A stretch of 64,000 bases of DNA from Paramecium tetraurelia (lineage: Eukaryota): contig CT868030.1 of assembly GCA_000165425.1 (NCBI GenBank), positions 186,001 to 250,000 on the forward strand, read 5' to 3'. Both the position numbers and the translations under genes were made by a program. The notes beneath the pieces were generated by a model. That model ran no database searches, was not told the origin of the DNA, and saw only the letters and a list, made by a program, of their open reading frames with translations. Of the stretch, positions 1 through 12,955 are shown in pieces. Within the stretch, counting starts at the first letter, position 1; each line of letters starts with the position of its first letter.

Positions 1-3000
1 ATTCTCTTGTGTGCATAATTAATCCCCTTTAGAGTGTTCCAAGTAATCTAGACATAGTAATTAACCAAAGTAGATGTTGTTGTCTTCAAAGAATTGCAGA
101 ATAATTTTGCAGTCCAAAATTTCTATAAGGATTTTCCTCTTTTCTGTATGATAACCTAATAATGTAAGATATTTTTACATTGATTTTCATCTTCATTAGA
201 TATTACGAAATCATACATAATGTCTTACAGAAATAATTATTTGCTAAGATCTTATGCTTACTTTTCGATTTCATTTAAATCAATTCCTTGAGTATTCTTA
301 TGAAAAGTTCTGATGAACTCTTATGCCTTGTTTACATACCTTAATCTCTTTTTAATGGGCAACTTAGCTTGTATGTCCTCTAAATTCATTTCTGGACATT
401 AACTTAACGAAAATTGCGCTAGTTTCAACAGGATCTGAATCAATTATGGATGCACTTCATGATTGCCTTTCACAGCTTTGGCTAAGAATTGTTTCTTCTA
501 AAGTTATAATTTCTCTAAGTCATTATTGCATTATAAATCCATTTCTGGATTGTAATCGATGTATTAAATGAATTCTTTCAATTAATATTTAATAATATTG
601 TTAGCAATTGCTTCAGTTGCTTTGATGAGTTTAAATTGGTTTAAGAGTTGAAGAGATTCGATTAGAATTTCTTTCGTTTAAGCCTTACTCAAACCCTTGG
701 GAGGATTCAAATAGTATTAAATTAGATTGGTGAATTGCTAGATTAAATCCATAATGCAATTGCAATATTCATTGTTTGATTGATCCTTCTCTTATTATTG
801 ACATTTCTAAGCTAAAAATTAGACATAGAATTTGAAAGTGGCAAAAGGATACATATAATTTTAAAAGCATTGTGTCAAATAGGAATGATCAATGAGGAGG
901 GTAACTTCTTCTATCAATTTCAATGCCTCCAGTAATTAGTCTTGCAATTCTGGCTACAAATCCTTATAATAGAGGAAGATCTCCTTCTTCTCAAGTACTT
1001 TGTCAATAGTAATTTAAGGAGTCTTGGACAATTTTAGGATCCTCTTAATTTTTTCATGTATCTATTCATTTGGATTAAGTTTGATCAAATCTAATTAGTC
1101 AATGAGAACTCTTACTTTTTTAGGCAGCAAATGTCAATATTTCATCAAATAGGTTCGACACAAGACTGATCTTAAAATCTGAATCCGTAAAGTAATCAGG
1201 AAAATGATAATTCATATATTAAGCAGTCTCTCTGAATTTTGTTTTATCACTTTTAATAATATGGATCATTAATTATTTTAATGTCAAATTTCCAAGAGTG
1301 TCACCGCTAAGAACACTTTTAATTGATAATTCAAATAATTAAGTTTTGTTTTGATAGCTGTTAATAATATTCCTGATGCCTTACAACTCTCCAAAGAAAT
1401 AAATCAAAAATTGCAGCAGTTATTTAATTTATTTGCTATAAGAGTAGAGCACTTTCATTTAGTTCTAAAATAGATACAATATATACATATTCTACATCCA
1501 CATTTACACTAATAGCCAATGATTAATCTGAATAATTGGTGCTTCTTGAAATGTCTAATCTAGTACTTTATTCGAAAGTTTCATAGATGTACTTACTGAA
1601 TCCATTCTTATAATTCTGAAATTGTTTTTATTCTTCAATCTAGAGATCGTGTCTTTGATTCTTGACTTGTTGATAGTAATTAGGTTCATTTTCAAATAAT
1701 TTAATTAATTTTTCAATCTATTTGAATACAGTTTATAATTGTAAGAGTGAGTAACTCTCAATAGGTTTATTGCATTCCAAGTTATACACTTTTTCATTGA
1801 TGAATTTCTTGGTTGTAAGAGGAGCAATGATTTTCCAAATTAAAGATGTTGTGCTTGATACTTTCTTAGATTTTTGATTTCTTTCTTCACTAAGTAATGA
1901 ACGCTTAATCAAAGCAAAATACGCTTTGAGTGCTTTCTCTTTGATTATGGACCCTTTACGAACATAAACTAGACCAGTAACCCAGTTCGGAATCTTTTCA
2001 TTGTCATCGAAAAATTTTTGGATATTTTCTGAGTAATGTATTCTTTGAAATGCCTTCTGCAAATCTAATTAATATTGATGTTGAAGTTCAACATTGATAT
2101 AAAAATTCTATTCTTCTTGAATAATGATTTGCAAGATTTAGGCACAACTTTCTTCAATTCCAAATGCTCTGACCAATTTTTCAAGTGGGAATTCAGCATC
2201 TACTTAATCGATAAAATCGTAATGTGTAACCTTGATGGCAGTGAAGAAACAATCGATTGGTCTCATTCTGACAATGAATTCAATTGTGTGATCAGCAATA
2301 CAGATGAAATGTTCAGGTAGATTATAAAGTTAAGATTCATTAATATCAAAATGATTGAACAATCGATTCACAGTCATCTTTCCAATATTATAAGCGCTTT
2401 TTGGAATGCCATGACCATTTTGACCATGAAGATCGATTTTTTCAATTGCATCCTTAGAAGTATCCCTATAAATCGAATACTATATCTAATTATATGTATT
2501 GTATTTGGTGATCTGTTGTTCTAGGTTTCTAAAGTATTGGATATGTGCCATATCAAGAAATTGTGCAATGATATAGTTATCTAAATGAAACAGTGAGAGT
2601 TATTCCTCTTTGTATACTGATTTCAGAATTTAGTTTTATTGGATTGTCAACATTTCCTTCTGTTTGTATTGTGTTCTACTCTCATCCAAACAGACTCCAT
2701 ATGGAATCACCGTGTCTATTTTCATATAGGGATTTTTGACCTAGATAACTTAGAATTCTGGTTTTAATTTGATATATTATTAAAATTGAACAACATTAGA
2801 AATTGATATCCTTTATTTGTATTCATTGATCTCATTAATAGTTCTGTCTTATAATTCAAACTATAAATAAAGTTATAGTTAGTCTTTGGTTGTTATGATC
2901 AAGAGGATTTTGTTTGTTTAGTATTGTTTTTCGAAAAACACATGATAAAATTGGAGATTGTGATAATCATATCCATTTTTGAATTCTAGATTGGAATTAA

Positions 3001-3909
3001 ATAGAGAGGATTGTTTAATTGTGATTATTTCTTAAAAGAGTTCTCCTTGAAGTCCAATATCGTAGATGATGATGAATGTGTCTTCAACGTTTTCATCTTT
3101 ATCAAGTTTCTCGAATAAACCATAACAAATGTTGAATTCTTCTTGCACTTCCAATTAGATCAATCCTTGTTGAGATGACCAAGGAGTCAAGTCCTTGAAT
3201 ATCCTATTAAATTATTTTTTTATTTTTTCTTTCAATTAAGTAGTGTATTTTTGAGCTGAATCAATAGATTTACAGGTTAGAGTGCCTGAACTGCCTCCAT
3301 AAATTAAATTGTCTTGATAAAAAATGACTTAATTGATTATTTCTCCATTAACGTTGAAGCCCTATTTTAGCATTTAAAAATTGTCCAAATCTCCTGTAAA
3401 AGTGTACAAAAATATATAGAATTCAGAAGCGATTGCCATGGTCCATACATCATCTACCAATTGAAATCCAACGGCTGTGATATACTCTAAGTGATTAATT
3501 GATTGTTCTTTGAGTCTGATTGGAAATTTGTACTTCTTATCATCCTACAATAAAATAGAAATGTTTACAGTATTGTAGTAGTAATTTAGATCGTCCTGTT
3601 GAGGTGAAAAGAAATAGAATTGCATGGTTTTTTCTTTTACCACAAAGTAAAGAAAGCCATCTTAAATACCACTCAAAGAACAATTATCATCAATTCTTAT
3701 CTGTTCATGATGAAAATTAACAAAATGACCTTTGTACAATGGAATTGCTAAGTGAATTAGGGACAAATACATAAATTGTTGGGGAGATTGACAGTTTATT
3801 TACTTCCAAAAAGTGTGTTAATAGGACTGAAGGAAGTTGAAGATTTCTTGCTTTTCAGATCTTAGAAAAGTGCTTATTGTGTTTAAATCTTCGGTTTTGC
3901 ATGTAACAT
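1..3909 (-). CDS. NUP155: Nucleoporin Nup155/Nup170-like (beta-propeller plus alpha-solenoid); 3' end runs off the window
   Basis: ATG at 3909 (MLHAKPKIQ..), with small introns. EYITAVGFQLVDDVWTMAIASEFYIFLYTF and IINQVIFYQDNLIYGGSSGTL resemble the Nup155 N-terminal propeller. A long helical C-terminal region follows. Not translated residue by residue throughout. Confidence 0.6.
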
Positions 3910-3930
3910 ATTTATTTTAATTAAATATAA

Positions 3931-5537
3931 TCAGGAATGATGAGTTTTACATGGCGCCTTTTCATAATCTAAGATGTTGCGCATTAAATATGAGACAGTC
4001 GGACACTCATCCACTTTAATATCACGAATATACTTACTTGAATCGTAGGTGTCACTTTGAATACTGAATCTTTTGGTTTATGATTTACTTGCTTCACCAT
4101 CACTGGCTTCCTTCAATTCAATGATTGTTTTTAGTGTGGGTAACCCTTAACGTTGATTGTGTGGTCTTGCTTTCTGCTTAGCATTTACAAACCATTAATG
4201 TGTGAGAGCATCAGATAAGGAGCAATTAGACAATAATTTTTTTATCAGATCCAATTGACTTGATGAAAAGACGTGTACAAACTATTAATCTGGAGTCTTC
4301 ATCTCTAAATAAATATTAATATTCAACATGTTAAGACCTCGATGGTTTCATCAATCAACTCATATTTTATTACCAACTCCTTCATGTACCTTAAAAACAA
4401 TTTGTAAGGGTCACTTTTTCGCTATTATTATTAATGTGCATACTTTCAAATCTTAGTTTATTTTAGTGTAAAATGTAATGATATAAAGTAGAACTCCTAA
4501 TTGGTAGAGATCAGAATGTATCCCAGGGGTTTAATTTTCTTCAAAACCACTCCAATAATACTTGTTCAGATTGACCCATTTCAAATATTCACTTATGTCT
4601 TCTCCTTATTTGAAAGGCTAACAAATTAATTAATTCTTATACATAGTATATAAATCCAATTACTGCAATCTCTAAGGACTGACTTTCTCTATTGATTAAT
4701 ATATTTAATGCATTGATATTTCCGTGATATGCCTAGTGTTCATTCAAATAGCGTAACAATAGTAGGATTTAGTAAATCAACTAAATTTATATATATTGGA
4801 TCATACTGTAGCAACTTAAACCTCCATAAATTAAATGTTCTCTAATAAGAAATTAAACACTGGTTCGCCTTCAAACCGTTCTGTAATCATGACATAGTTG
4901 TTGGTGTCCTCGTAGATCCTCTTTATTTTGAGTATTGAGTGATTCTTGCTCTCGTGCAACAAGCCAAAAGTATGCTCTAGAAAGGGTTGCTATTTGTTGA
5001 TGATGTAGGCAGAAAACTATTGTCGGTTCTTGCATTCATAGATTTCGTTACTTTTTTCTTGATGATGGAGTAGAAGTCCTGGAATAATTGTTCCTGTAGA
5101 CGATATTTGACTAGTAAGTTTTTCATGATACAAAATTGCTTAATCTGATTGTACCAATGTTTTTGGACGTCGAAACTGCTGAAGAAGAGCATGAGGTCAT
5201 TGCCCAGGAGGAGAAGGTAACACTTTTTATTATTGTGGATCAGTTGTTTCCTCTTGATTTAATATTGGGAAAGCTGGATGTAATGCGTATCTATTTTCAG
5301 AACATTAGGAAACAGGGTGCATTATTCTTTGATTATCACTCCGTCGAACATCACAGTTAGATTCTGGTTGAGAAGGACCTATGTGAGTCTGGGTTGATGA
5401 TTCCATTCCTTCTGGTGCTGACTGGCGATCAAACTTAAGGCCAGATTCTTGAACTCGTTGTAGTCAAAGTTGTCTTCCTGTCGATGTCCAAATTCACTGG
5501 TATTTGTTCTTGAGGGTCTGGTCATAAAGTTCTGCAT
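3931..5537 (-). CDS. PH-like domain plus protein-kinase-fold pseudokinase
   Basis: Continuous frame in code 6 with small introns. PH-type C-terminal helix (LFFSSFDVQKHWYNQIKQFC), then IKRIYEDTNNYVMITERFEG, YHGNINALNILI, IAVIGF and SDLYQLGVLLY. TGA at 3931-3933. Confidence 0.8.
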
Positions 5538-5545
5538 TTTAATTA

Positions 5546-6029
5546 ATGTTTATTTGTTGTGGGAAGAAATAAAAAATTGAAATTGCAAACTTGAGATCGC
5601 AGCCGTTGCAGAGTGTGAAGATGCAATTGCAGGAGGACAGCATCGATGCCAAATTCGAATTTCATTTAGATGTATATGAATAGTGTAAGTTCGTAGAAAT
5701 TCTAATGGAAATTGATCAGGGATGCAACAGGGGAAGAGTTGGTCAGACAATAACAGAAACAGAAGGAGAAGGAGCGATTGAAATTGGAATAGTAGCAGAA
5801 GTTGTAGAAGGAAGATGAGGAATTGCAGAGGTTGTAGAGTTAAATTGAATAACAAACATTTGTTTAAAAGGAGAAGAAGTAATTGCACGATTAATTGAAT
5901 GACCTTTTCACGAAGTTGAAAAAGGACTATTTGATCACTTAGATCAAGAATGAGTTGCTGAAGAAGATGATAGAAGATGATAAAAAACAGATGGGTGAGA
6001 TCACAAACTACGAGTTTGCTAAAAGTTGA
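5546..6029 (+). CDS. Hypothetical coiled-coil protein (MFICCGKK..)
   Basis: ATG 5546, one ~25-nt intron, Q/E/K-rich helical body, TGA 6027-6029. Confidence 0.75.
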
Positions 6030-6186
6030 ATTCGTTTTATTTTATATTATAAAACTTAGAAATCTAACATAATTTAAGAAATTGAGAAGCGAACACATAG
6101 TATTAAATATAAACAGAGAATAAAATAATTTCTGGCTTTATTTTTCAGAATCGTGATGTTCATTTATATAAATTTTATTAAAAGAT

Positions 6187-8197
6187 ATGAATAAATAACG
6201 CAAGACACAATTGGAGGAATTGCAAGAGAAGGAGAGTAGCTTTGGTAGAGTGTTCAAAGTGGCTGGTCCATGTAATCGCTGTTCATTAATTTAATAGTGG
6301 TCGTTGCAGAGAAGATGGCAGGAGCTAAGATGTTTGAGTTAGTGAAAGTAGGTTGGGACAAATTGGTTGGTGAAATCATTAAATTAGAAGGAGATAATGC
6401 ATCTATTCAATGTTATGAAGATACATGTACTCACATTACGTAAATATGATTAGCTGGTTTGACAGTGGGTGATCCTGTGATGAGAACAAAGTCTCCTCTT
6501 TCAGTCGAATTAGGACCAGGTAATAATGACTAAATATCTAGGTATTTTGACCTAAATTTTCGATGGAATTTAAAGACCATTATAAGTCATAGCAGAATAA
6601 TCATCTTCCATTTTTGTGCCCAGAGGTGTTGATATTCCAGCACTGGATCAAGATAGAATCTGGGAATTCAAACCATCTTCACTAGTCAAAGTAGGTTCAA
6701 TGATCTCTGGAGGTGACATCTATGGATCAGTCTTTGAAAACAATCTTTTCGATGAGCACAAGATCTTGACAGCCCCCAGAGTCTAAGGCAGAGTCACTTA
6801 CATTGCACCTGAGGGCAATTACACACTAAAAGACAAAGTTCTAGAAGTAGAATTGGATGGCAAGAAACATCAATATGGAATGAGTCACTTCTGGCCTGTC
6901 AGACAACCCAGACCCATCATTGAGAAATTGTAAGGTAATACACCACTCCTTACTGGATAAAGAGTACCTTGATGCACTCTATCCATCAGTCTTGGGAGGT
7001 ACTTGCTGTATTCCAGGAGCATTTGGATGTGGCAAGACTTGTATTTCTTAAGCACTCTCTAAATATTCAAATTCTGAATGTATCATTTACGTTGGATGTG
7101 GAGAAAGAGGAAATGAGATGGCTGAAGTGCTCAGTGAATTCCCAGAATTGACTATTCAAATGAAGGGCAAGGAAGAAAACATTATGTAACGTACTTGTTT
7201 GGTTGCTAACACTTCCAATATGCCAGTCGCTGCCAGAGAAGCCTCCATCTACACAGGAATTACATTGGCAGAATATTTCAGAGATATGGGTTTCAATGTG
7301 TCTATGATGGCTGATTCTACTTCCAGATGGGCAGAAGCCTTGAGAGAAATCTCTGGTAGATTGGCAGAAATGCCTGCAGATCAAGGTTATCCTGCTTATT
7401 TGGCATCTAAACTCGCTCAATTCTACGAAAGAGCCGGAAGAGTCAGATGCAGAGGTTCACCTGACAGAGAAGGATCCATTACTATTGTCGGTGCTGTGTC
7501 ACCTCCAGGAGGAGTATTAATATATTTATTATCCTTAGGATTTCACAGATCCTGTTACTACTGCCACTCTTACAATTGTCTAGGTCTTTTGGGGATTGGA
7601 TAAGAAATTAGCACAAAGAAAGCATTTCCCATCTGTCAATTGGACCATTTCCAATTCCAATTATGAAAAGATTCTTGAACCATATTTCAATGCCTTTGAT
7701 CCAGAGTTTTCTCATTTGAGAGTTATGTTCAAATAGATCCTACATGAAGAATCAGAATTAAATGAAATTGTCCAATTGGTCAGGTAGAGATTCCCTTTCA
7801 GAAGATCAAAAGTTGTCATTGGAAGTATTACTTTACCAATATCTTCTTAGATTGCTAAAATTATCAGAGAAGATTTCTTATAACAAGATGCTTTCAGTAA
7901 ATATGATTACAATTGTCCACTTTACAAAACTATTGGTATGATGAGATGCATCGTTTCCTTCTTTGAATGTGGTAAAAAGGCCATTCTTGAATCTTCAGGA
8001 GATGCTAAAATTACTTGGAATATCATATTGAATCAAACTAAGCCTCAATTTGTCAAGCTATCATAGATGAAATTTGAGGTATTAACTTTATTATATTATT
8101 ATAGGATCCAAAATAACCAAAATAAGAATTAATGAATTATTTCACTAAGTTTGTTGATGAAATTAAGTCAGCATTTAGAAATTTAACAGATAAATGA
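6187..8197 (+). CDS. ATP6V1A: V-type H+-ATPase catalytic subunit A (two apparent +1 frame breaks, ~6967 and ~7782)
   Basis: [10 protein letters not shown], Walker [59 protein letters not shown] and SPPGGDFTDPV. Six small introns. TGA 8195-8197. Confidence 0.97.
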
Positions 8198-8603
8198 GTA
8201 TTATTAACATTACATAAACAATTATTATTATATTCTCAAATGTATAAATCAAAAACAAAATTTTATCTACCAAGAATATTCCGTGTTACTCTCTTTTTTA
8301 AATAAAATTAAATTGAGTTATTCATTTTCGTTCTTCTTATCTTTTCATGTTCTAACTAAAATTACAATGTTTGTAAAATATTTAAAATTAACTTCGAAGA
8401 TTAAGAGGTATGCTAATATTTTTAGTAAGACAAAATCAAATACAATTTAAAAACTTAAATAACTTTTAATTTAAATTGACTACATTCACATTCTACTCAT
8501 ATTCATTATAATTTAAAAATATGCATCAGCGATAAATTATTAAAAATATTAACATTCATAAACATTTACATTTTTAGTATAACTATTACAACTTTATTTA
8601 ATT

Positions 8604-9044
8604 TCACACATCATCGAATCTCACCTTCTTTTAATTCTAATTTAGATGAGCCTGGTTGTGAAATATACTATATTTTGTTTCTTTCTTCAAGATAGTCTTT
8701 TTAGATTCTATTGAAATTATTTCATAAGAACTATTCTTTACTGGTATGTCTTTTATAGCATTTTCTGATAATTCAATTGAATTTACTCTATCCAGATCTC
8801 CTGTTAATACCTAAATTACTAATGTGCTAGCAGCCATTCTATTATATTCCTTTCCAGTATCATCTATGATATATGATAATTAATTTTAATAAGATGGTTT
8901 TCTGTTATTTTGCTTATTCTAATCATTACCGCTTATAGAAGGGTTTTTATATAATTTTCCAACTCTCTTCTTTTATTTATTTTTTTGTTGCAACATTAAC
9001 TCTACTTTTTCATCCCCTTAAGCCAAACAACAGCTTGATCCCAT
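8604..9044 (-). CDS. Small putatively acylated PP1-interacting protein (MGSSCC; TILKK and KKVRF motifs)
   Basis: Intronless 146-aa ORF, MGSSCCLAQG...IESKKTILKK...KKVRFDDV*. Confidence 0.8.
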
Positions 9045-10019
9045 TAGTATTTATATTAAAATAAATTATATTTCCCTCTATTGAAAATTTCTATTGCAAA
9101 TATCAAAACTCTGCAATTTAAAATATATTTTTATATATATACAATATTTTTTCTTAAAAGAAAATATTCATAAAAATATACTAAAATCAAAAATTTTAGC
9201 TATTCTATTCCTCCATTAATTAAAAAATATAAAATGAAAAAACTACACCTTCTTTCACTTCAAAAAACAATAAAATTGCTTTATTATTATGCTTTAAGAC
9301 AAATCACTCTGAATGAGTCGGTTTTACATATAAATTAGTTCAAAATTCTGCAGATCAATTCATAATTATTACAATCTTAATTTTAGCATTTCATTCTGGG
9401 GGAAATAAGGTTAGTATCTCCTTGTACAATTTAGCATGCTTGACTCCTCAGTTCACTTAAAATTACCTAAGGTTAGATTAAAAACAAATTATTTTCCAAA
9501 AATATATTCTCTTATTTATAATCTAATTGTATAATAACGGTTTAAAAAGTAAAAATATGCAGCTTCAATTTTCTATTGCTAATTCAAGAATAGAATTTCT
9601 CTTGATCTTTGAAAACATTAAATCAAATATAATTTAAGAATTTTGTAAAATTTGATTATATTATAAACTTCATCACCCAGGCCTCAGGTTTATTATGGAC
9701 TATATCGTTTTAGTTGAGTAATATCACCTAATGTAAGAACAAATAGATATTTGATTAAAATACTATAAATCCTATCAATACTCACGTTATTTTCAAATAA
9801 ATATCAAGTCACATAACTTAAATCACTCAAGTTTGAGCTTTTACAGATCATAATATATGTTAGTGAATAGAAAATGACTGGAATTTTACAATCATACTTT
9901 GTACAATTGTTATAATGACTATTAATTCATTGTCAATATAAATGAGTCTTTAAAGTTTATTAAAAAATTTTATAAATTAAAATAATTTATAACTCATTTA
10001 CAAAAAATTATTCTTTACA

Positions 10020-10530
10020 TCATTTGCCTTTTTCTATTAATCCATCCTTTTTATATCTGGTTTTCTCAATATTTTATATTTATAATTGGATATCTTAACC
10101 CTCTTTAGCATCAATTATCGATTTCTCTCTTTAAACTGACAGATTTTTATTTCAACTTAATGCCTAATTTATTATATATTAGATGGAACGGAAAGAGTTC
10201 TTTAAATTGGTTGATTAATTTTAATACAGGAAGTTAATTATAATATAAAATATCTTATTTGGTCAAATGTTATTTTAACATAATAAATTCTTTTAATTTC
10301 AATAATTTATCATGAAAAGTAAATTTTTTATTCTCCTTATTTTTATTCTATGGTTTTATTTTTAATATTCGAAGCCCATTTTCTAGGATCTTCCAGATAC
10401 TCCATTCTAAGTTGTTGTAATCTATCGGGATTAAACCTATTGACTGTTGTCTTTGGATTTCCCCAATAAAAATGAGAATGCATTGAAAACTTGAAGACTT
10501 AGGTTCTAATGTATACTCTTAAGAATACAT
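10020..10530 (-). CDS. Possible hypothetical protein or decaying gene; structure unresolved
   Basis: ATG at 10530 and protein-like stretches in more than one frame (e.g. VNRFNPDRLQQLRMEYLEDPRKW). No single clean model. Confidence 0.3.
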
Positions 10531-10883
10531 ATAATTTATATAATAAAATTTATAATATAAAAACTAATAAAATTGAATTATATTCTTTCAAAGCCTGCTT
10601 TATTTAATTTATTTTCAAGTGTTAAACAGAATCAATGGTATATTAGAACTTTAAATAATAAAAATATTTCTTCATGAAAAAGTCTTACGACACTTGAGGG
10701 AATAAGTTATATTTCATATATTAGATGCATTGTGGAACATTAGGAAGATTAGAATAATGAAAATAAAAAGCAATAAAATAATAAAATTAATATTTCTATA
10801 TAGAGCATAAAGGTTGTAAAATGTCAAAGAATTTTGAAAGGATGTTATTGCAAATAATAATTATAATCAATACTAGATTCTAT

Positions 10884-11359
10884 TCATTCATTTAAAACCA
10901 TTTTGGATAACTTTCGTAATTCCTACATATATAAATCTGTAGCCGCATAGCTTTATCCTTTTAACGCTCTGGCTAAATCCTAAATTATTTCGACAGGCAC
11001 GATTTCATTTAGAGTTTTTTTGGGTATATTCAGACTAAATAATAATTAAACCAACTCATATACCTAGAATTAACATTACCCATATCAATACTAGATCTTT
11101 GAAATGACAATCTACCTGGTGAGTGTTTGGAGTATTGCTTAATTCGTATAGGAGATTGTTATTATTGATTTTTGTATGCTTTTGGTGATTAACTATTTCT
11201 GAAAATGGATTGATGAGGATTCAATTAAGATTCCTTAGCTTTTTGAAGTACAGTTTTTTGATTGTCAAATTTGGAGGAAAACTTCTCTCTAACATCTTTT
11301 CTGAACATATCCAACTCTGCATATTTCTGATTAGTCAAAATAAAGGATCCCTAATGCAT
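10884..11359 (-). CDS. Hypothetical protein
   Basis: MHQGSFILTNQKY.., one intron near 11035-11063, ends ..KLSKMVLNE*. Confidence 0.75.
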
Positions 11360-11663
11360 AGTTTAATAATAATATATAAATATATTAACAGATAAATATA
11401 TTATTTATTTTTAAGTAATGGACTGAGGTATAATGTGGAGTCCATGCGAGTAATTTGGACTCGTATTATTAAACAAATCTAAGATGAAGAAATGATTAAA
11501 TAGAATCAATTAATTTGATAAATTTTATGTAAATTTGTAATAATACATTGAGGTGATAAAAGTTCTTGTTTCACTATCCTGATTTCATTTAAATATTACT
11601 TAAGTATGAGGTGCAAGGGTATTTTAAAGGGAATTAAGAAATTCGTTTTTATTAATTTCTAAA

Positions 11664-12767
11664 ATGAAAATAGCATTGATGCTGGTTGCAGTAACCTTAG
11701 TTTCTGCATCATCAATTTCACCATATTCTAAATTGAACTATTCAAAATAAAGATCAATAAGTGCTGTTTTAACAGAGGTAGAGGCTAAACTACAAAATAA
11801 CTCCCCATTGAATTCAATTCTGAATGTTCTAAAATAATTCAAAGATGCAGTTAATGTTGAGTAAGTGAATCACGATGAAATCTATCATCTGCAAGATAAT
11901 GAATGTTACTCAGAATTTGATTTTAGAAGCAAAGAAGTAGAGGATGCTTCAAATGTTGTCAGAGATTCAACAGCCCACCTGAATGTGTGTAAGACCTCTA
12001 AAATTAGAACCACTAATTAATAAGATGTTAATTAATAATAATTATTCACATATCAAGAACATTTGACATTAATTCTTGCAACTGCCGAAAGCGAATAAGG
12101 ATATTTCAAAAAAAGAGGAAGAGACTATGAAGATTCTCTTCATGCTATTGACGAAGCACTTGACATCTTATCAGGTATTGCTAATGGCAAAAGGAGCTTT
12201 GCTGAGTTAAGTAGTGTAAGTAAATCAATGTTGTAGACATCATTCAATATTTAGAAAACTTTCAATTATGCTCCAATTTTTTATGCTTTTTCATAATTAG
12301 CATCACAATAAGATTTAGTTGATCCAAGTCAAATTGAGCGAGTTGAATAATTGTTACTCTAATTGAGAGAGAGTATCCATGATACTTATAATGAATTTAC
12401 AGCCTCTAATGCTGCCTCAGTTGCTGCATTTAATGATTAGAAAGATAGAATCAATTCTATCTTAAATAGGTTAGCAAATTAAGAAGAAAGATTACAAGAT
12501 AAATTAGATCATTTAAATTAATGCATTGGAACTTAATCAGCAATTGTTTAAGCAGCCTCAACAAAGTTAGAGAGAAACCAATAACTATGGGATTAAGCAG
12601 TTGCATTATGCAATACTTTCGAAATAGAATACTACAGTGCCACAAGAGCTAGGAGATCTGAACTTAGTTTGATTACTGAATTAGAGGACCATGTTAACGA
12701 AAGGTTTGGGTAAGTCAAATAAAAAAAACCACATAAGCTACTGAGATATGCCAAGCTGAAATATTGA
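11664..12767 (+). CDS. Trichocyst matrix protein precursor (TMP/GRL family)
   Basis: Signal peptide MKIALMLVAVTLVSA. Two helical halves with paired Cys: EQVNHDEIY..EC, AIDEALDIL, SFAEL processing-type motif, CNTFEIEYYSATRARRSEL. Intronless, ~367 aa. Confidence 0.88.
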
Positions 12768-12955
12768 TTTATATTCATAAAATGATTATGAAGAATACAT
12801 TTTCCACATTCAAACACCTCAAGAAGGTCTTCTCTTTAAATTATGTATTTACAGAATATTGATTTTTTTCTATATTATGTATTATAGCTCAAATACTTCA
12901 GGAGCAGTCTTTTATTTAAAATAAATAATTATAGAAAATAAAACATTGTACATAA

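Noticed and set aside
5550..5888. Leu-rich minus-strand ORF in the track (likewise 12929-13213, 30046-30396, 49494-49718, 50857-51057)
   Set aside because: These are antisense shadows of Q/E-rich or Pro-rich genes on the opposite strand once code 6 is applied
7080..7125. Possible VMA1-type intein in V-ATPase A
   Set aside because: The insertion site [11 protein letters not shown] is contiguous; there is no insert
9060..10000. Long AT-rich gap with short GC-richer patches
   Set aside because: No coherent ORF, RNA motif or terminal repeats; at most eroded gene relics
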